Virus record (IMG/VR): IMGVR_UViG_3300032257_000004 | Location: 27,317-91,316 of that record | Direction: 5' to 3' (one strand) | From: a virus | DNA length: 64,000 nucleotides | Shown: positions 40,247 to 50,101 of the stretch, one piece after another | Layout of the letters: each line of letters begins with the position of its first letter | Position numbering within the stretch: position 1 is the first letter of the stretch | Made by a program: the position numbers and the translations under genes | Notes under the pieces: generated by a model | Told to the model about the DNA's origin: nothing | Databases searched by the model: none | The model's input: the letters and a program-made list of their open reading frames with translations, nothing else

Positions 40247-40678
40247 TTAGAGTTTAGTCAGAAAACAACCATAGTCGACGGTTGGGTTTGTTCCACCGGT
40301 CAGGTCCATACCGCAGCGGATAGCTGCAGCATTGGCGTCCTGAACAAGAATGTCGTTCAAATCAAGAACGATTTCCAATTCGGTTTCCGAACCATTCCAA
40401 GTCCGACGACCCACCTCAACGGGGGTGTCAGAGAAGGCCGCAAGCGAATCAACGTCGATAACGAAATCAACTTGAGTCGGTGCGACATCACCGCCAACAA
40501 CGATATTGTGGAAAACCGCTTTGAAGCGATAATCAATACCGGAGTTGTCTTCAACAGCATCCGGATGGTTCAGAGCAAGATCGAGAGCGATACCTGCTTC
40601 GTCCGCATCGGCTGTTTCGGCAGCATCAGCAACATCGCGAAGCTGAAGGCCGACATCCATGATAGCACGATTGGCCAT
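40247..40678 (-). CDS. putative capsid decoration/cement protein
   Basis: Follows the major capsid gene with AGGAGG RBS; beta-rich, acidic. Confidence 0.55.
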   Translation of the reverse strand: MANRAIMDVGLQLRDVADAAETADADEAGIALDLALNHPDAVEDNSGIDYRFKAVFHNIVVGGDVAPTQVDFVIDVDSLAAFSDTPVEVGRRTWNGSETELEIVLDLNDILVQDANAAAIRCGMDLTGGTNPTVDYGCFLTKL

Positions 40679-40693
40679 GTCAATGTCCTCCTA

Positions 40694-41611
40694 TTATACC
40701 GCGACGGCGGCGTTGGTGATACCTTGAAGACGACCGGCAGAACGACCGTGGTACAATGCCACGCCCGAGTACCACTCAACCCGAGTACGGAAGACTGGCT
40801 TCGACTCAAGTTCTCCAAGATCGCGGGCATCAATCCCACCGTTCTCAATACCAACGAGGTGGTTTTCGGAGAACGACGTACAATAGATTGATGTGCTGGT
40901 GGAACCACCGCCTGAAGATGCTTCAGTGAACGGGAGGATTTGATTGCCCTCTTCGTCCTCGTCCAAAATCAGGATAGGAAGTTCAGCGTAGTACGATTGG
41001 CGACGGCCAAATTCGTCTTGTTCGAAGGTGATATAACCACCAACGCTGGTGTTCCGAGACGCTTGAGTCAGACGCCGACGCATCGACTTGTTCATGATCA
41101 AGTGTGTTGGATTGTCGACGGAGTCAATGAGTTCGTCGAGGTTTGCCAGAGACAGTGCACCACCGGTAGCATGGTTAGTTACCAGTTGGTTTCCGCCAAG
41201 ACGTTGTTGGAGGCCATCAAATTCGCGCGGGTTAGTACCCGAATCGCCTTTGATGAACGCTTTGCCCCAACGGAGGGCCAGAGCGCGAACCTTCATCGCT
41301 TCGTGGGTTGATCGCTGGTCAGCGCCCATGGTGTCAACGATGAATTTATCGACATCCAAATCGCCACCGGCAATAGTCAGGGTTTCAACACGCGGGTTCA
41401 AGACACCTGTGGACTCTGTGAAACCTTCGTTCACACCACGGAATCCAACTCCCGGCAGTTTGTCTTCGCGGTTATAGCGAAGTGCGTTGCCTTCGATTCC
41501 CTCGAAAGGGAGGACGCGAAGTACATCGCTGTTGCGGGCATAAAGCTCGATGATCGCGGATCGAACCACGTCACCAGAATGGAGCTTAGCCGCTTCTACC
41601 AAAGTGAGCAT
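40694..41611 (-). CDS. major capsid protein
   Basis: MLTLVEAAKL...LPGVGFRGVNEG...EFDGLQQR; position after scaffold. Confidence 0.9.
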   Translation of the reverse strand: MLTLVEAAKLHSGDVVRSAIIELYARNSDVLRVLPFEGIEGNALRYNREDKLPGVGFRGVNEGFTESTGVLNPRVETLTIAGGDLDVDKFIVDTMGADQRSTHEAMKVRALALRWGKAFIKGDSGTNPREFDGLQQRLGGNQLVTNHATGGALSLANLDELIDSVDNPTHLIMNKSMRRRLTQASRNTSVGGYITFEQDEFGRRQSYYAELPILILDEDEEGNQILPFTEASSGGGSTSTSIYCTSFSENHLVGIENGGIDARDLGELESKPVFRTRVEWYSGVALYHGRSAGRLQGITNAAVAV

Positions 41612-41704
41612 TTGTTTTCCTCTTTCCTCACAATAGATTAACGGGGGTTCAGCTCCGCAGCCTTGCTTACGGGAGCGCGATTTGGAAGCCTAGCTTCTAT
41701 TTGC

Positions 41705-41733
41705 ACCATACCACACTCACCCGAATTCGTCAA
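41705..41733 (-). promoter_or_regulatory. promoter upstream of the major capsid gene, TTGACG-17-TATGGT
   Basis: Near-consensus -35 and extended -10. Confidence 0.7.
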
Positions 41734-41741
41734 TTATAGAA

Positions 41742-42572
41742 TTAACGAGATCGTGCATTTGCCTTTTTCGCCGCTTGTTGGCGATACTGGCGCAGGCGTT
41801 CTTGCGGAGACAGGTCTTGGTCGATCTTCGGGCCAGTGCGACGGATACCATCGCCCTGAGGTTGACCGGAACCGCCCATTACGTCGGCTTCCCAGTCGTC
41901 CGAGATATCGTCCTTGTCGCGGTATTCTTCGATAAACTCTTTCAAAGTCATCGGGCCATCTTTGCCGTACCGCAAATTGCCGTCATCGCCTTTGATAATA
42001 ATCGATTCGTGGCCGTTTTCGTCAACATCAACTGAAACCTGAGTCATCAAATACATCTGGTGCATAGGCAATTTGCCCTGCTTGATGCCGGATTCCAGAA
42101 GGGCGCTTTTGAGTTCGTAACCGAGAGTTTTGTCGATCCGAGCCTTGCGCTCAAGTTCAGCCGTTGCGTTGGCTTTGTCCAACTGGCCTTGCAGAGAGTT
42201 GACTTGGTTTTCGGCGCGCTTGTTGGCTTCCGAAACAGCCTTCTCGATTTTGGAATTAATATCCTTGCCCTCGGTGTTCATGAATTCGATGGCCTGAGTA
42301 GCAACTTCAGGGTCGATATAAGTCTCTTCACCGGTATCAGCGTCCTTGACCTTGTACCGAGTAAGTTTTCCGAGAAGTTCCTCGTTTTTGGCTTTGACAC
42401 CCGACACGAGTTCGCGCTCTGCCCAGTCCTGAAGTTTTTTCTTCGACTCAGGGTCTTTCAGGGCGGCATTTAGATCGAACGGAACGGGATCGCCGCCACC
42501 GTCACCGCCGTCGTCGTAAAACGAGTGGGCAGGGATTCTCATGAGGGGGTATAGTGTTTTATTCGTCGTCAT
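41742..42572 (-). CDS. capsid scaffolding protein
   Basis: GVKAKNEELLG coiled coil, GGSG near C-terminus; between portal and capsid. Confidence 0.75.
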   Translation of the reverse strand: MTTNKTLYPLMRIPAHSFYDDGGDGGGDPVPFDLNAALKDPESKKKLQDWAERELVSGVKAKNEELLGKLTRYKVKDADTGEETYIDPEVATQAIEFMNTEGKDINSKIEKAVSEANKRAENQVNSLQGQLDKANATAELERKARIDKTLGYELKSALLESGIKQGKLPMHQMYLMTQVSVDVDENGHESIIIKGDDGNLRYGKDGPMTLKEFIEEYRDKDDISDDWEADVMGGSGQPQGDGIRRTGPKIDQDLSPQERLRQYRQQAAKKANARSR

Positions 42573-44112
42573 TGGACCTTGTCCTTTGGTTTTCAGACCC
42601 TTGGTCTGGGTTGGGTTCTTGTTCTGGCTGATCTGCACTTGCCTCATTTTGATTTTTCATAGACGCGGCCTCAGCCTCAGCCAGCGCCTTGAGGTCTTCT
42701 TCGAGATCGGCCTTCGCCGCCTCTACTTCTTCGTCAATATCGACAGTCTTGTCGAGACGTTCACCGCGTTGCAATTCCTTGAGGAATACGCGGCGTGAAA
42801 TTTCGCCCGCCTTGCGGGTATTAAGCAGGAACTCCGCTTCGTTGGCGTCCATAGGCGTCAAGTCGAAATCTTTGTTCAACTTGATAAGTTTTTCGACTTC
42901 GGGGATGTCTCTCGCCCAAAGGGCAGCTATGCCCATGGCGCGATTATACGAATTCTCGTGGGACGACACCACCGAAAGGAGCCAAGACTGGAAATCTGAT
43001 CTGGAGAGACGCCTAGCGTCCGCCGAAGTGTTGGCACCCAGCGAAGTCTGAGACCTCATGCCGGATTCCCACATCTCACGAAGAATCATTTCCGCAGTTT
43101 CTTTACCGATGTTCAGCGAACGACCGGTATACTCTACGTACTCCGCTTTGGCGTTTCTAGGTAGAACCAGTGCGGCGTTGGAACCCGTTTTAATATGGGA
43201 GTCTTGGACGCCGGATAGGACCAAGATCGGGTTCAGGTGGAACATCAGACCGTGGTTGAAAGCCGACAAAACGCGGTAGTGGTCGATATTCAAATTGGCA
43301 GATTCCACCAATGGTGGTTTGGACACCATGGGACGAATCATCTGCGAATAAATGGGTTGATACGGAATAAACCCTAGAGGGTTAGGACCCTCTTCCACCA
43401 ATTCCGGTTGGACTGAGTCCAGATCGGTTTCTTCGGTCTCCAAGCGAGCGACCCAAAGTTCCCATTTGTTCTTGTACCATACCTTGTAATATACGGAAGT
43501 ATAGTGGTCGTCCATTGGGCCATCGGATTCGCGATACGAATACCTGTGAACCAACCACTTGAACTGATAGGAACCGTCGAGTGTGCGCTCCAGAGCCCAG
43601 TTAATGATTTCGATGGGCGAGACCGGCACCAGATACGGGCGGGGGTTGGTCATCTTGACCACGGAACGACTATCCATTCCGGAAGTGTTGGGGAAATCCA
43701 CCGCGATGAAATAATGCCCCATAAGATAGGACTTGAGAGAAACGTTGCGGAGGAAAGTGTCGAGTTCGGTGCCCAAAAGGTCCGCGTCCTCTACCATGCT
43801 CTCAAACCACTCGGGCGCTTCGCCCTCTTCCGGGTACACTGGGTTCTCGCGGTACATGTGGCCCGTAGTGTACTTCACCAGTCGGTCGATGCCATTGAAG
43901 TAAACTGCGTTGTCCAAACGCCTGTCGTAAGCGGTTCTTTTGTTGGAACCCGCTTTTTTGGCGTCGATTTCCTCGGACTCGGTCATGGGTAGGTACTTGG
44001 TGGAAGCGCTTTTTACAGCCGGTGCACCAATGTACAAGTCGTCCATGATCTCCCAGTTGGAATACTGGTCATCGTAGTCTGGATGCGTTCGGTTCAGTTG
44101 ATTTTCTGCCAT
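42559..44112 (-). CDS. portal protein (DUF4055-like)
   Basis: HPDY..W, KYLP, YDRRLDNAVYFN, KPPL..ANLNIDHY. Confidence 0.88.
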   Translation of the reverse strand: MAENQLNRTHPDYDDQYSNWEIMDDLYIGAPAVKSASTKYLPMTESEEIDAKKAGSNKRTAYDRRLDNAVYFNGIDRLVKYTTGHMYRENPVYPEEGEAPEWFESMVEDADLLGTELDTFLRNVSLKSYLMGHYFIAVDFPNTSGMDSRSVVKMTNPRPYLVPVSPIEIINWALERTLDGSYQFKWLVHRYSYRESDGPMDDHYTSVYYKVWYKNKWELWVARLETEETDLDSVQPELVEEGPNPLGFIPYQPIYSQMIRPMVSKPPLVESANLNIDHYRVLSAFNHGLMFHLNPILVLSGVQDSHIKTGSNAALVLPRNAKAEYVEYTGRSLNIGKETAEMILREMWESGMRSQTSLGANTSADARRLSRSDFQSWLLSVVSSHENSYNRAMGIAALWARDIPEVEKLIKLNKDFDLTPMDANEAEFLLNTRKAGEISRRVFLKELQRGERLDKTVDIDEEVEAAKADLEEDLKALAEAEAASMKNQNEASADQPEQEPNPDQGSENQRTRSNDDE

Positions 44113-44145
44113 TGGTGTCATTTAACCATAATTGAATGGGTTAAA

Positions 44146-45570
44146 TCAATATGGGCTGTTAGCCCGCGATCCAACCGACTGTTTCTCACCACGAACCCTA
44201 TACCGCAACATGTCGATAACGTGGTCCTCGTAACCACGGGCTACATCGTCAAATCGAACATTGTCTCTCGGAGCCGTTGGAAGCAACCGAATTGTATGCC
44301 TGCAGTTCTCAAAAACGAAGAATCCGGGTTTTTCCATTCTATCCCGCGTGGCCTCTTTTAGCAAGGTCCTTATCTTCTCAACCCCCAAAACCCTTGAACC
44401 GGGTCGTTTGTCGGACACCGACCAATAAACGCCCTCGTCTTCCATATCGTCCGCGATACAATTGCCGTTCTGGTCGTCGAAAATAGAAGCATCAGCCGGT
44501 CCACCGTACACGTTGTACGGAATGTTCGCTTCGATGTCCTTGATTCCCTTGGCTATTTCGACGGCTTCCAACTTGATCCCCTCGTCCGACTTGCCGTTCC
44601 ACCCGTACCACTCTCCGATTTGGAATATAGTCCCCGCTGGGAAATGCCTAGTAGTGCCATCGGCCAGAACCACTCCAGTACCGTCGCTCTCCGCGAACCA
44701 CCCGACCGAAAAGGGCTTGGAACTGCCCCAGTCAAAGGCCCGATCCACGTACCAACTGGCCGGAATCCTGAAAGGTTTCATTACGTGGACGTCTTCTTTC
44801 CACACATCGTCGAAAATACCTCCAATAATAACATCAAAGTTACCATCGAGATAAGCTTCAACCAGCTTGGCGTCGCCCATACCCTTAATACGATTTGGAT
44901 AATCGGGGTCCTCCTCCATCAGGGACGGGTTATCCCGGATTTTGGCCGGGATAAACTGCCGCAGCATACCCCCGTCGTCCTCTTCCGCCCTGTGGTAGCC
45001 CATCGGAGGGGCAGGGTCGATCCACGTCTGCTTCATAAACTGGTGGCAGGGACCACCGGGGTTGGAGCCGCACAAAATCTTTGGGAACTGTCCGTGGACG
45101 CCTTGCGGGACTTTCACCCCGACCATCCGTACCCGAGTGCGGAGAAACTTATAAACGACTGGAGTGAATTGCGACAACTCGTCGATCAGGAGAACGTGGA
45201 TTTCGGCCCCTAGGTACTTGTACCGGTCGTCGTCCCGCTGGCAGTGGCAGAGTTTAATGGTGGAGCCGTTCCAAAAGTCGAACGTATACTTGGTTTTGTT
45301 CCACTTTACGTGGCCGTTGTCGATGAACGGGCCCAGCAGAATAGGCAGTGCTGCCGGTCCGTTCAGGTGGTTGGCCTCTAGATCGGGGAAATTGCGCCGG
45401 AATAGATAAATTTGAATGCCTGGAATCTGGGAAGCCCAGATGACCGCCGCCGCTCGCATCAGGTACGACTTACCGCCGCCCGCCGCGCCGCCGTAGAGCA
45501 TTTCAGTCGCTTCGGACGTGAAAACCAGCCCCTGAGTCGGGTGTAGAACAATATCTAACTCAGGAAGCAT
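44146..45570 (-). CDS. terL: terminase large subunit
   Basis: YGGAAGGGKS Walker A, LLIDE Walker B, SNPGG, FDWG, EDHVIDMLRY. Confidence 0.95.
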   Translation of the reverse strand: MLPELDIVLHPTQGLVFTSEATEMLYGGAAGGGKSYLMRAAAVIWASQIPGIQIYLFRRNFPDLEANHLNGPAALPILLGPFIDNGHVKWNKTKYTFDFWNGSTIKLCHCQRDDDRYKYLGAEIHVLLIDELSQFTPVVYKFLRTRVRMVGVKVPQGVHGQFPKILCGSNPGGPCHQFMKQTWIDPAPPMGYHRAEEDDGGMLRQFIPAKIRDNPSLMEEDPDYPNRIKGMGDAKLVEAYLDGNFDVIIGGIFDDVWKEDVHVMKPFRIPASWYVDRAFDWGSSKPFSVGWFAESDGTGVVLADGTTRHFPAGTIFQIGEWYGWNGKSDEGIKLEAVEIAKGIKDIEANIPYNVYGGPADASIFDDQNGNCIADDMEDEGVYWSVSDKRPGSRVLGVEKIRTLLKEATRDRMEKPGFFVFENCRHTIRLLPTAPRDNVRFDDVARGYEDHVIDMLRYRVRGEKQSVGSRANSPY

Positions 45571-46105
45571 CGGATTTAGGTCCTACCGAAATCGCTTCGT
45601 GTTCGTAGATTTCGATTTTTTTGGCTTTGCCTTGGCTCGTTTCTGCCTTGACTTCGCCGCCAACGGCGTTGATGAGAACATTGACCACGGGCCTGAGAGA
45701 CGCTTCATCATCTTCTCCTTTCTCTACATCTTTAATCATGCCATTCAGCATTTCAAGGGCTCGGAGCCGATCTGAATGCTTGGCACTGGGATCATTAGCA
45801 ATCTCCCACACTTTAGCATACACGACTTTCGAATCCAATAGTAGGGCTTCCCCCACCTTTTTGTAGAAGATAGTGAGCGCTTTTTGGATTTTGGGGCGCG
45901 CAAGGTGCATCACCCCGAGGCGCTGAGCGGCCTTTTGGTCGCACTGATAAACGGACGCATACGCAGCCCCCGGTGAATGGGTGGTCACGTACTGCGACAC
46001 GAACAACATGTCGTCCGTGGTAACTTCTAACTCTTTTAGTTCTTGAACTTCGCCCGGATTTAAAGATGGTACTTTAAACTCAGGGGTTTCGATCAAATTG
46101 CCCAT
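45560..46105 (-). CDS. terminase small subunit-like protein
   Basis: FVSQY...AAY..Y, LARPKIQKAL, DRLRALEML; directly upstream of terL. Confidence 0.7.
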   Translation of the reverse strand: MGNLIETPEFKVPSLNPGEVQELKELEVTTDDMLFVSQYVTTHSPGAAYASVYQCDQKAAQRLGVMHLARPKIQKALTIFYKKVGEALLLDSKVVYAKVWEIANDPSAKHSDRLRALEMLNGMIKDVEKGEDDEASLRPVVNVLINAVGGEVKAETSQGKAKKIEIYEHEAISVGPKSDAS

Positions 46106-46355
46106 TTTTGAACTTCTGGATTGCCTCAGCTATTCTCGGGTTATTTTGCAGCCGATACGCGGCGCTCGACTGGCTTCCCGGAGTCGAGTGTCTATACCCG
46201 GCGCTCCGAATAGAAGCCATGCCATTCCCTGTCTTGGAATAGTGAAAACAAAACAGAATCTGTTGATCGGTCAACGGATACTGGTGCGACAGGCTACGGC
46301 GTATGGCTTCAAAGTTGTATGGAAAATCTCCCACATTCACCTCCGTGTCATTCAA
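46080..46355 (-). CDS. second terminase small subunit-like HTH protein
   Basis: LTDQQILFCFHY..TGNG..SIRSAGY...AAYRLQNNPRI. Confidence 0.65.
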   Translation of the reverse strand: MNDTEVNVGDFPYNFEAIRRSLSHQYPLTDQQILFCFHYSKTGNGMASIRSAGYRHSTPGSQSSAAYRLQNNPRIAEAIQKFKNGQFDRNP

Positions 46356-46367
46356 CCGTATTTTACC

Positions 46368-47786
46368 CTACTCACGCTTCGTGAGCAAGGGGTTTTGGAT
46401 AGTGTTTGCCAAATCCTCTTTGCGCTGAAGCGCTGCGATAATCTTCTCTTCGATGGGAAGATTGACCCCGGTGGAAAACATGTCGTAGTACGTAACCGGA
46501 GTATCCTGCCCGTGCCGGTGGTTCCGGTCCTCAGCCTGCAGGCGATTTTCAAGCGAGAAGTCGTTTTCGTAAAAGATGGTGGAGGAGCAACGATCATCGC
46601 CCGGTTGGCCCAGCAGAGTGAGGCCGATTCCGCCGGATTGAATCTGGCAAATAATAACCCGGCACTCGGAATCGTTATTAAACCGATCCCGCTGTTCTTT
46701 CCTCTCCGCAGGCTTCATTCCGCCCCGAATATAGGCCGGTTTGTAATCCTTCAATACGCCCATCAACATGTCGATTGTGTATTTGTGGATACAGAATATA
46801 ATCGTCTTGCCCTGTATCTGTTCGACGATGTCTACCAGCGCCTGAATCTTGGGAATTTGGGTCGGGGTTTTGAACAGGGGAACCACCTTACCGTCCTCGC
46901 CATGCATGAAACCCGACACGATCTGCTGCATCTTCTGAGCCGCAGTAATCGCCATGTTCACACTGATGACTTCACGGTTAACAATGGTAATGAATTCAGA
47001 TTCGATCTGAACGTAGTGCTTGGCCTGCGCCGGAGTAAGCTGAACCTTGCGATTAATATAAGTCTTGTCCGGAAGGTCCGTCCAATCCTTCTTTTTGGCA
47101 ATCATGGTCGTGTTCTTCATGAGAGCCTGCAGGGTATCTACATTTTTGGCACCCACGATCTGCTTACCGAGATATCCTCCCATTACGCAAAACTTGTGCC
47201 TAAACGGGTAGTACCGGTAGGAACTGGGGAGCGCTCGGATGGCCCTCAGTTGCGCCCACAAATCGGCCACGGACTGAGTAACCGGGGTGCCCGTCGCGAT
47301 GCGAACATACTTCGATCGGGCGCAGTAGCTGAGAATAGACAGTGTGCGCTTAGCCTTGTGGTTTTTGATCTTGGACGATTCGTCGATAAACGTGTACATG
47401 CTGGAGCCGTAAATCTCGTAGACTCCATCCAAGAAATTCTGTCCCCGATCAGTGATGGAGGCTTCATAGTTTACCACCACCACGAACGGCTTGTTTTTGG
47501 GGAGCTTTTCCGGGGGCGGCACGTCGTCCCATACGAAAATCTCCGGCTTGAAGCCCATTTTCTCGGCTTCATCCTTCCAGTTGTCCAGAAGGGACTTTGG
47601 CATGAACCCCACCGCGCACTGAATTTCGTCCTTCGACACAAGGTCGATGAATTCGTTCAGAATAATCGCGGTCTTGCCCAATCCCTGTTCGAGAAAAAAC
47701 CCGAATCCGGTTTTGCCTTCCGCAGCTTCCGCCGCAGTCGTTTGGACCTCGTACGGGGTGGAGTTCAGATGCCAAGGAGTTTTCAT
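46368..47786 (-). CDS. SNF2-family helicase
   Basis: EQGLGKT, DESSKIKN, TGTP, GIGLTL, QAEDRNHRHGQ. Confidence 0.92.
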   Translation of the reverse strand: MKTPWHLNSTPYEVQTTAAEAAEGKTGFGFFLEQGLGKTAIILNEFIDLVSKDEIQCAVGFMPKSLLDNWKDEAEKMGFKPEIFVWDDVPPPEKLPKNKPFVVVVNYEASITDRGQNFLDGVYEIYGSSMYTFIDESSKIKNHKAKRTLSILSYCARSKYVRIATGTPVTQSVADLWAQLRAIRALPSSYRYYPFRHKFCVMGGYLGKQIVGAKNVDTLQALMKNTTMIAKKKDWTDLPDKTYINRKVQLTPAQAKHYVQIESEFITIVNREVISVNMAITAAQKMQQIVSGFMHGEDGKVVPLFKTPTQIPKIQALVDIVEQIQGKTIIFCIHKYTIDMLMGVLKDYKPAYIRGGMKPAERKEQRDRFNNDSECRVIICQIQSGGIGLTLLGQPGDDRCSSTIFYENDFSLENRLQAEDRNHRHGQDTPVTYYDMFSTGVNLPIEEKIIAALQRKEDLANTIQNPLLTKRE

Positions 47787-48373
47787 TTAGTCACCGTGTC
47801 GCATTTAAATTCGATATCGTTAATGTGGTCGAAAACAGCCCTAGCGGACTCGGGGTCCCCGCCCGACATATCCTTGAACCACTCGGATTTGACTACATCG
47901 TCCAAAATTTCCATCATATGGTCCAGAATGTCGTCTACTTCCCGGTTGCCCATTCGCCGCTCTTCGGCCAGAAACGCGCAGGCTTCGATTACATCCGCCA
48001 ACCAAACGATTTGTTTAATTGGTTTGGGCGGGTCGCTGTAGAAAAGACCGCCAAATCTGGCCGCTGCGGTTTCCGATTCCCACTTTTTGAACGCCTCGTT
48101 GCCCCTCAACCCGGCGTATCCCTTGATGGGATTCGGGATGTCCGAGGTGAACGACTCTTCAATATCGTGCGTCAGCGCCGCTTTCAGCACTCCGTCGAGT
48201 TCGACTCCGTTTTCCGCCATCCACGGAACTTCGCAAATCGAATGAAAAATCCACCTGCAGTACAGAGCCACATAGTAGCTGTGTTCGGCTACGGATTGTG
48301 TGCGGAGTGTTCGAACAATCGACCACCGAGGGACGAATTGCAGGGTTCTTAACTCTCTCGGAAAATTTTTCAT
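47783..48373 (-). CDS. datZ: HD-domain dATP triphosphohydrolase (DatZ-like)
   Basis: VPRWSIV..QSVAEHSY, THDIEE..TSDIPNPIK, LAD; immediately downstream of purZ. Confidence 0.8.
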   Translation of the reverse strand: MKNFPRELRTLQFVPRWSIVRTLRTQSVAEHSYYVALYCRWIFHSICEVPWMAENGVELDGVLKAALTHDIEESFTSDIPNPIKGYAGLRGNEAFKKWESETAAARFGGLFYSDPPKPIKQIVWLADVIEACAFLAEERRMGNREVDDILDHMMEILDDVVKSEWFKDMSGGDPESARAVFDHINDIEFKCDTVTK

Positions 48374-49524
48374 CTCAGTTTAATCCCTTTTTCGGAGTTC
48401 GCCCAATTGACAATGTCGGCCTTTGGGTCCAACTGGAAGTCAATGCTGTTGACAGTGGGGCGCGGAATTACATCCGAGACATCCGGACCGTAACCCAACA
48501 AATCCGGACCCTTACCATTCGCATCCATCTGATTGGAGAGCGCACGGACTTGATTCTTGTCCAGATAGTTGCAGAAATTCAGGAAGACCAAATCCGGTCG
48601 GATATACTCCAGCGATCGCCTGTATTGTTCCATTGAAAAGTCGAAAATCCGGCGCGGGCGTTTAGTCACGGTAGTGAGTTCGGGCTCTACTCCGATCTTC
48701 TCCCACTCCAGTTCCTTTTGGTTTGCATGGGACGGGCCGCTCCACCCCACCATCTTCCCATTTTCGTCGTAGATATTACCAACTCGAATAGGGTAAGTCC
48801 GAACGCACATCAGCGTTTTGTGGAGGAAGGAGGGGTGAAGGCCCGCATCCGACATCGCCTGCGATGGTGTAACATCGCGGGAAGTGCAATAGGGGTAGAA
48901 TCCACCGGAGTTGACACCAAGGCTGAAGCCTTGCGGAACTTCCAGAATCGACCCCCTGCAACTCGCGAATTCGTTGGGGGTGATTTCCCGGACGAAAGGC
49001 CGGAGCCGTTGGTCCAGCGCGGCCACGTTGCCCCGGCGAGCGATTTTGTCGGCCAGTGCAGCGCCAACTCCCTTTTGAGTGGAGCCAATTTTGCTAGTCG
49101 ACGAGCCCGAAGCCTTCTCCGCCGCAGTATGCTCTGGCAGAATTACCGCCGCGTTGGGGTGAATGAACACCCGGTCCCACATGTTATGCTCTTCCAACTC
49201 TTGGAACAGGATGTCGGGGTCGATTATCGCCCCGGCGTCGATAACCGCGAAGCTGTCCTCGTTGATCACCGCTGAAGTCGGGAGATGGAAGGTGGTGAAC
49301 TTGCGATCGCCAATCACTGTTGTATGGCCCGCATTGGCCGAAGCGTTGGTTATGGCGTAGGAGAAACCGTCGACATTCATAGCGACGTATGCGGCGATTA
49401 AACCCTTGCCCGTGGACCCGTATTGGCCATCAATGATGACGGACACTTTCCCCGGTTTGATGAAATCTTCGAGAGGGTTCGGATCAACGTACCCCGAGAT
49501 GATGTTTTCTTCAACCTTTTGCAT
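48370..49524 (-). CDS. purZ: N6-succino-2-amino-2'-deoxyadenylate synthase
   Basis: PurA fold with DGQYGSTGKG (Ser replacing the PurA Asp), NAGHT, GSTQKGVG, YPYCTSR, RTYPIRVGN, ELTTVTKRPRR, LNFCNY (no TKLD). Confidence 0.92.
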   Translation of the reverse strand: MQKVEENIISGYVDPNPLEDFIKPGKVSVIIDGQYGSTGKGLIAAYVAMNVDGFSYAITNASANAGHTTVIGDRKFTTFHLPTSAVINEDSFAVIDAGAIIDPDILFQELEEHNMWDRVFIHPNAAVILPEHTAAEKASGSSTSKIGSTQKGVGAALADKIARRGNVAALDQRLRPFVREITPNEFASCRGSILEVPQGFSLGVNSGGFYPYCTSRDVTPSQAMSDAGLHPSFLHKTLMCVRTYPIRVGNIYDENGKMVGWSGPSHANQKELEWEKIGVEPELTTVTKRPRRIFDFSMEQYRRSLEYIRPDLVFLNFCNYLDKNQVRALSNQMDANGKGPDLLGYGPDVSDVIPRPTVNSIDFQLDPKADIVNWANSEKGIKLR

Positions 49525-50101
49525 TTTTAATCCTTTCTATATACGCCCGAATTTCTTCATCGGTGCGATCGAATTTCATTTTGAGCAGAGCGGGAAGGTA
49601 GAAATCATCCAACTCTCGGTACAAGTCGTCCAGCCCGCGCTTGTTTTCCACCCGCATCATGTTGTGGTAGTCCAATATTGGCGATCTCGAATCTTTATAC
49701 TCATAGTCCGGACGGGAGACGTCGAATATGACACAGTGGTCATGGTTCTGGTGCGCAAACCCCATAATCGCCGCCCACTGGAAGGGCTTGCCAACCGATT
49801 CGATTACATGGTTCGTACCGGGGCCCTGATATTCGTCCCTGAACATGCGCTCCACCCATAGAGGGAAATAGTACTCGTCCAACTGCCCGATATAGATATA
49901 TAGATCGCGAGGGGTAGCTCCATTCAGAGTCGGCTGGGGTTCATCTTTTTCGGCGTCCGTGAACTCCATACCCACGAGCCGGTGAGCCTCTTTCTTGATC
50001 TGCGCCGCGATAGACAATCTCACGAAATTGTGTTTGTTGTGAAAATGGTCGTAAACCGTGGTTTTTCCGGCGCGCTGTGGACCCGTTAATCCGATAATCA
50101 T
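49511..50101 (-). CDS. deoxynucleoside monophosphate kinase
   Basis: MIIGLTGPQRAGKT P-loop; TPRDLYIYIG. Confidence 0.75.
   Translation of the reverse strand: MIIGLTGPQRAGKTTVYDHFHNKHNFVRLSIAAQIKKEAHRLVGMEFTDAEKDEPQPTLNGATPRDLYIYIGQLDEYYFPLWVERMFRDEYQGPGTNHVIESVGKPFQWAAIMGFAHQNHDHCVIFDVSRPDYEYKDSRSPILDYHNMMRVENKRGLDDLYRELDDFYLPALLKMKFDRTDEEIRAYIERIKNAKG

Noticed and set aside
46098-48041. 647-aa + strand ORF
   Set aside because: Antisense shadow of the helicase and datZ genes; no motifs.
48370-49524. Ordinary adenylosuccinate synthetase (purA)
   Set aside because: GSTGKG instead of GDEGKG, no TKLD motif, and an adjacent HD hydrolase indicate PurZ.
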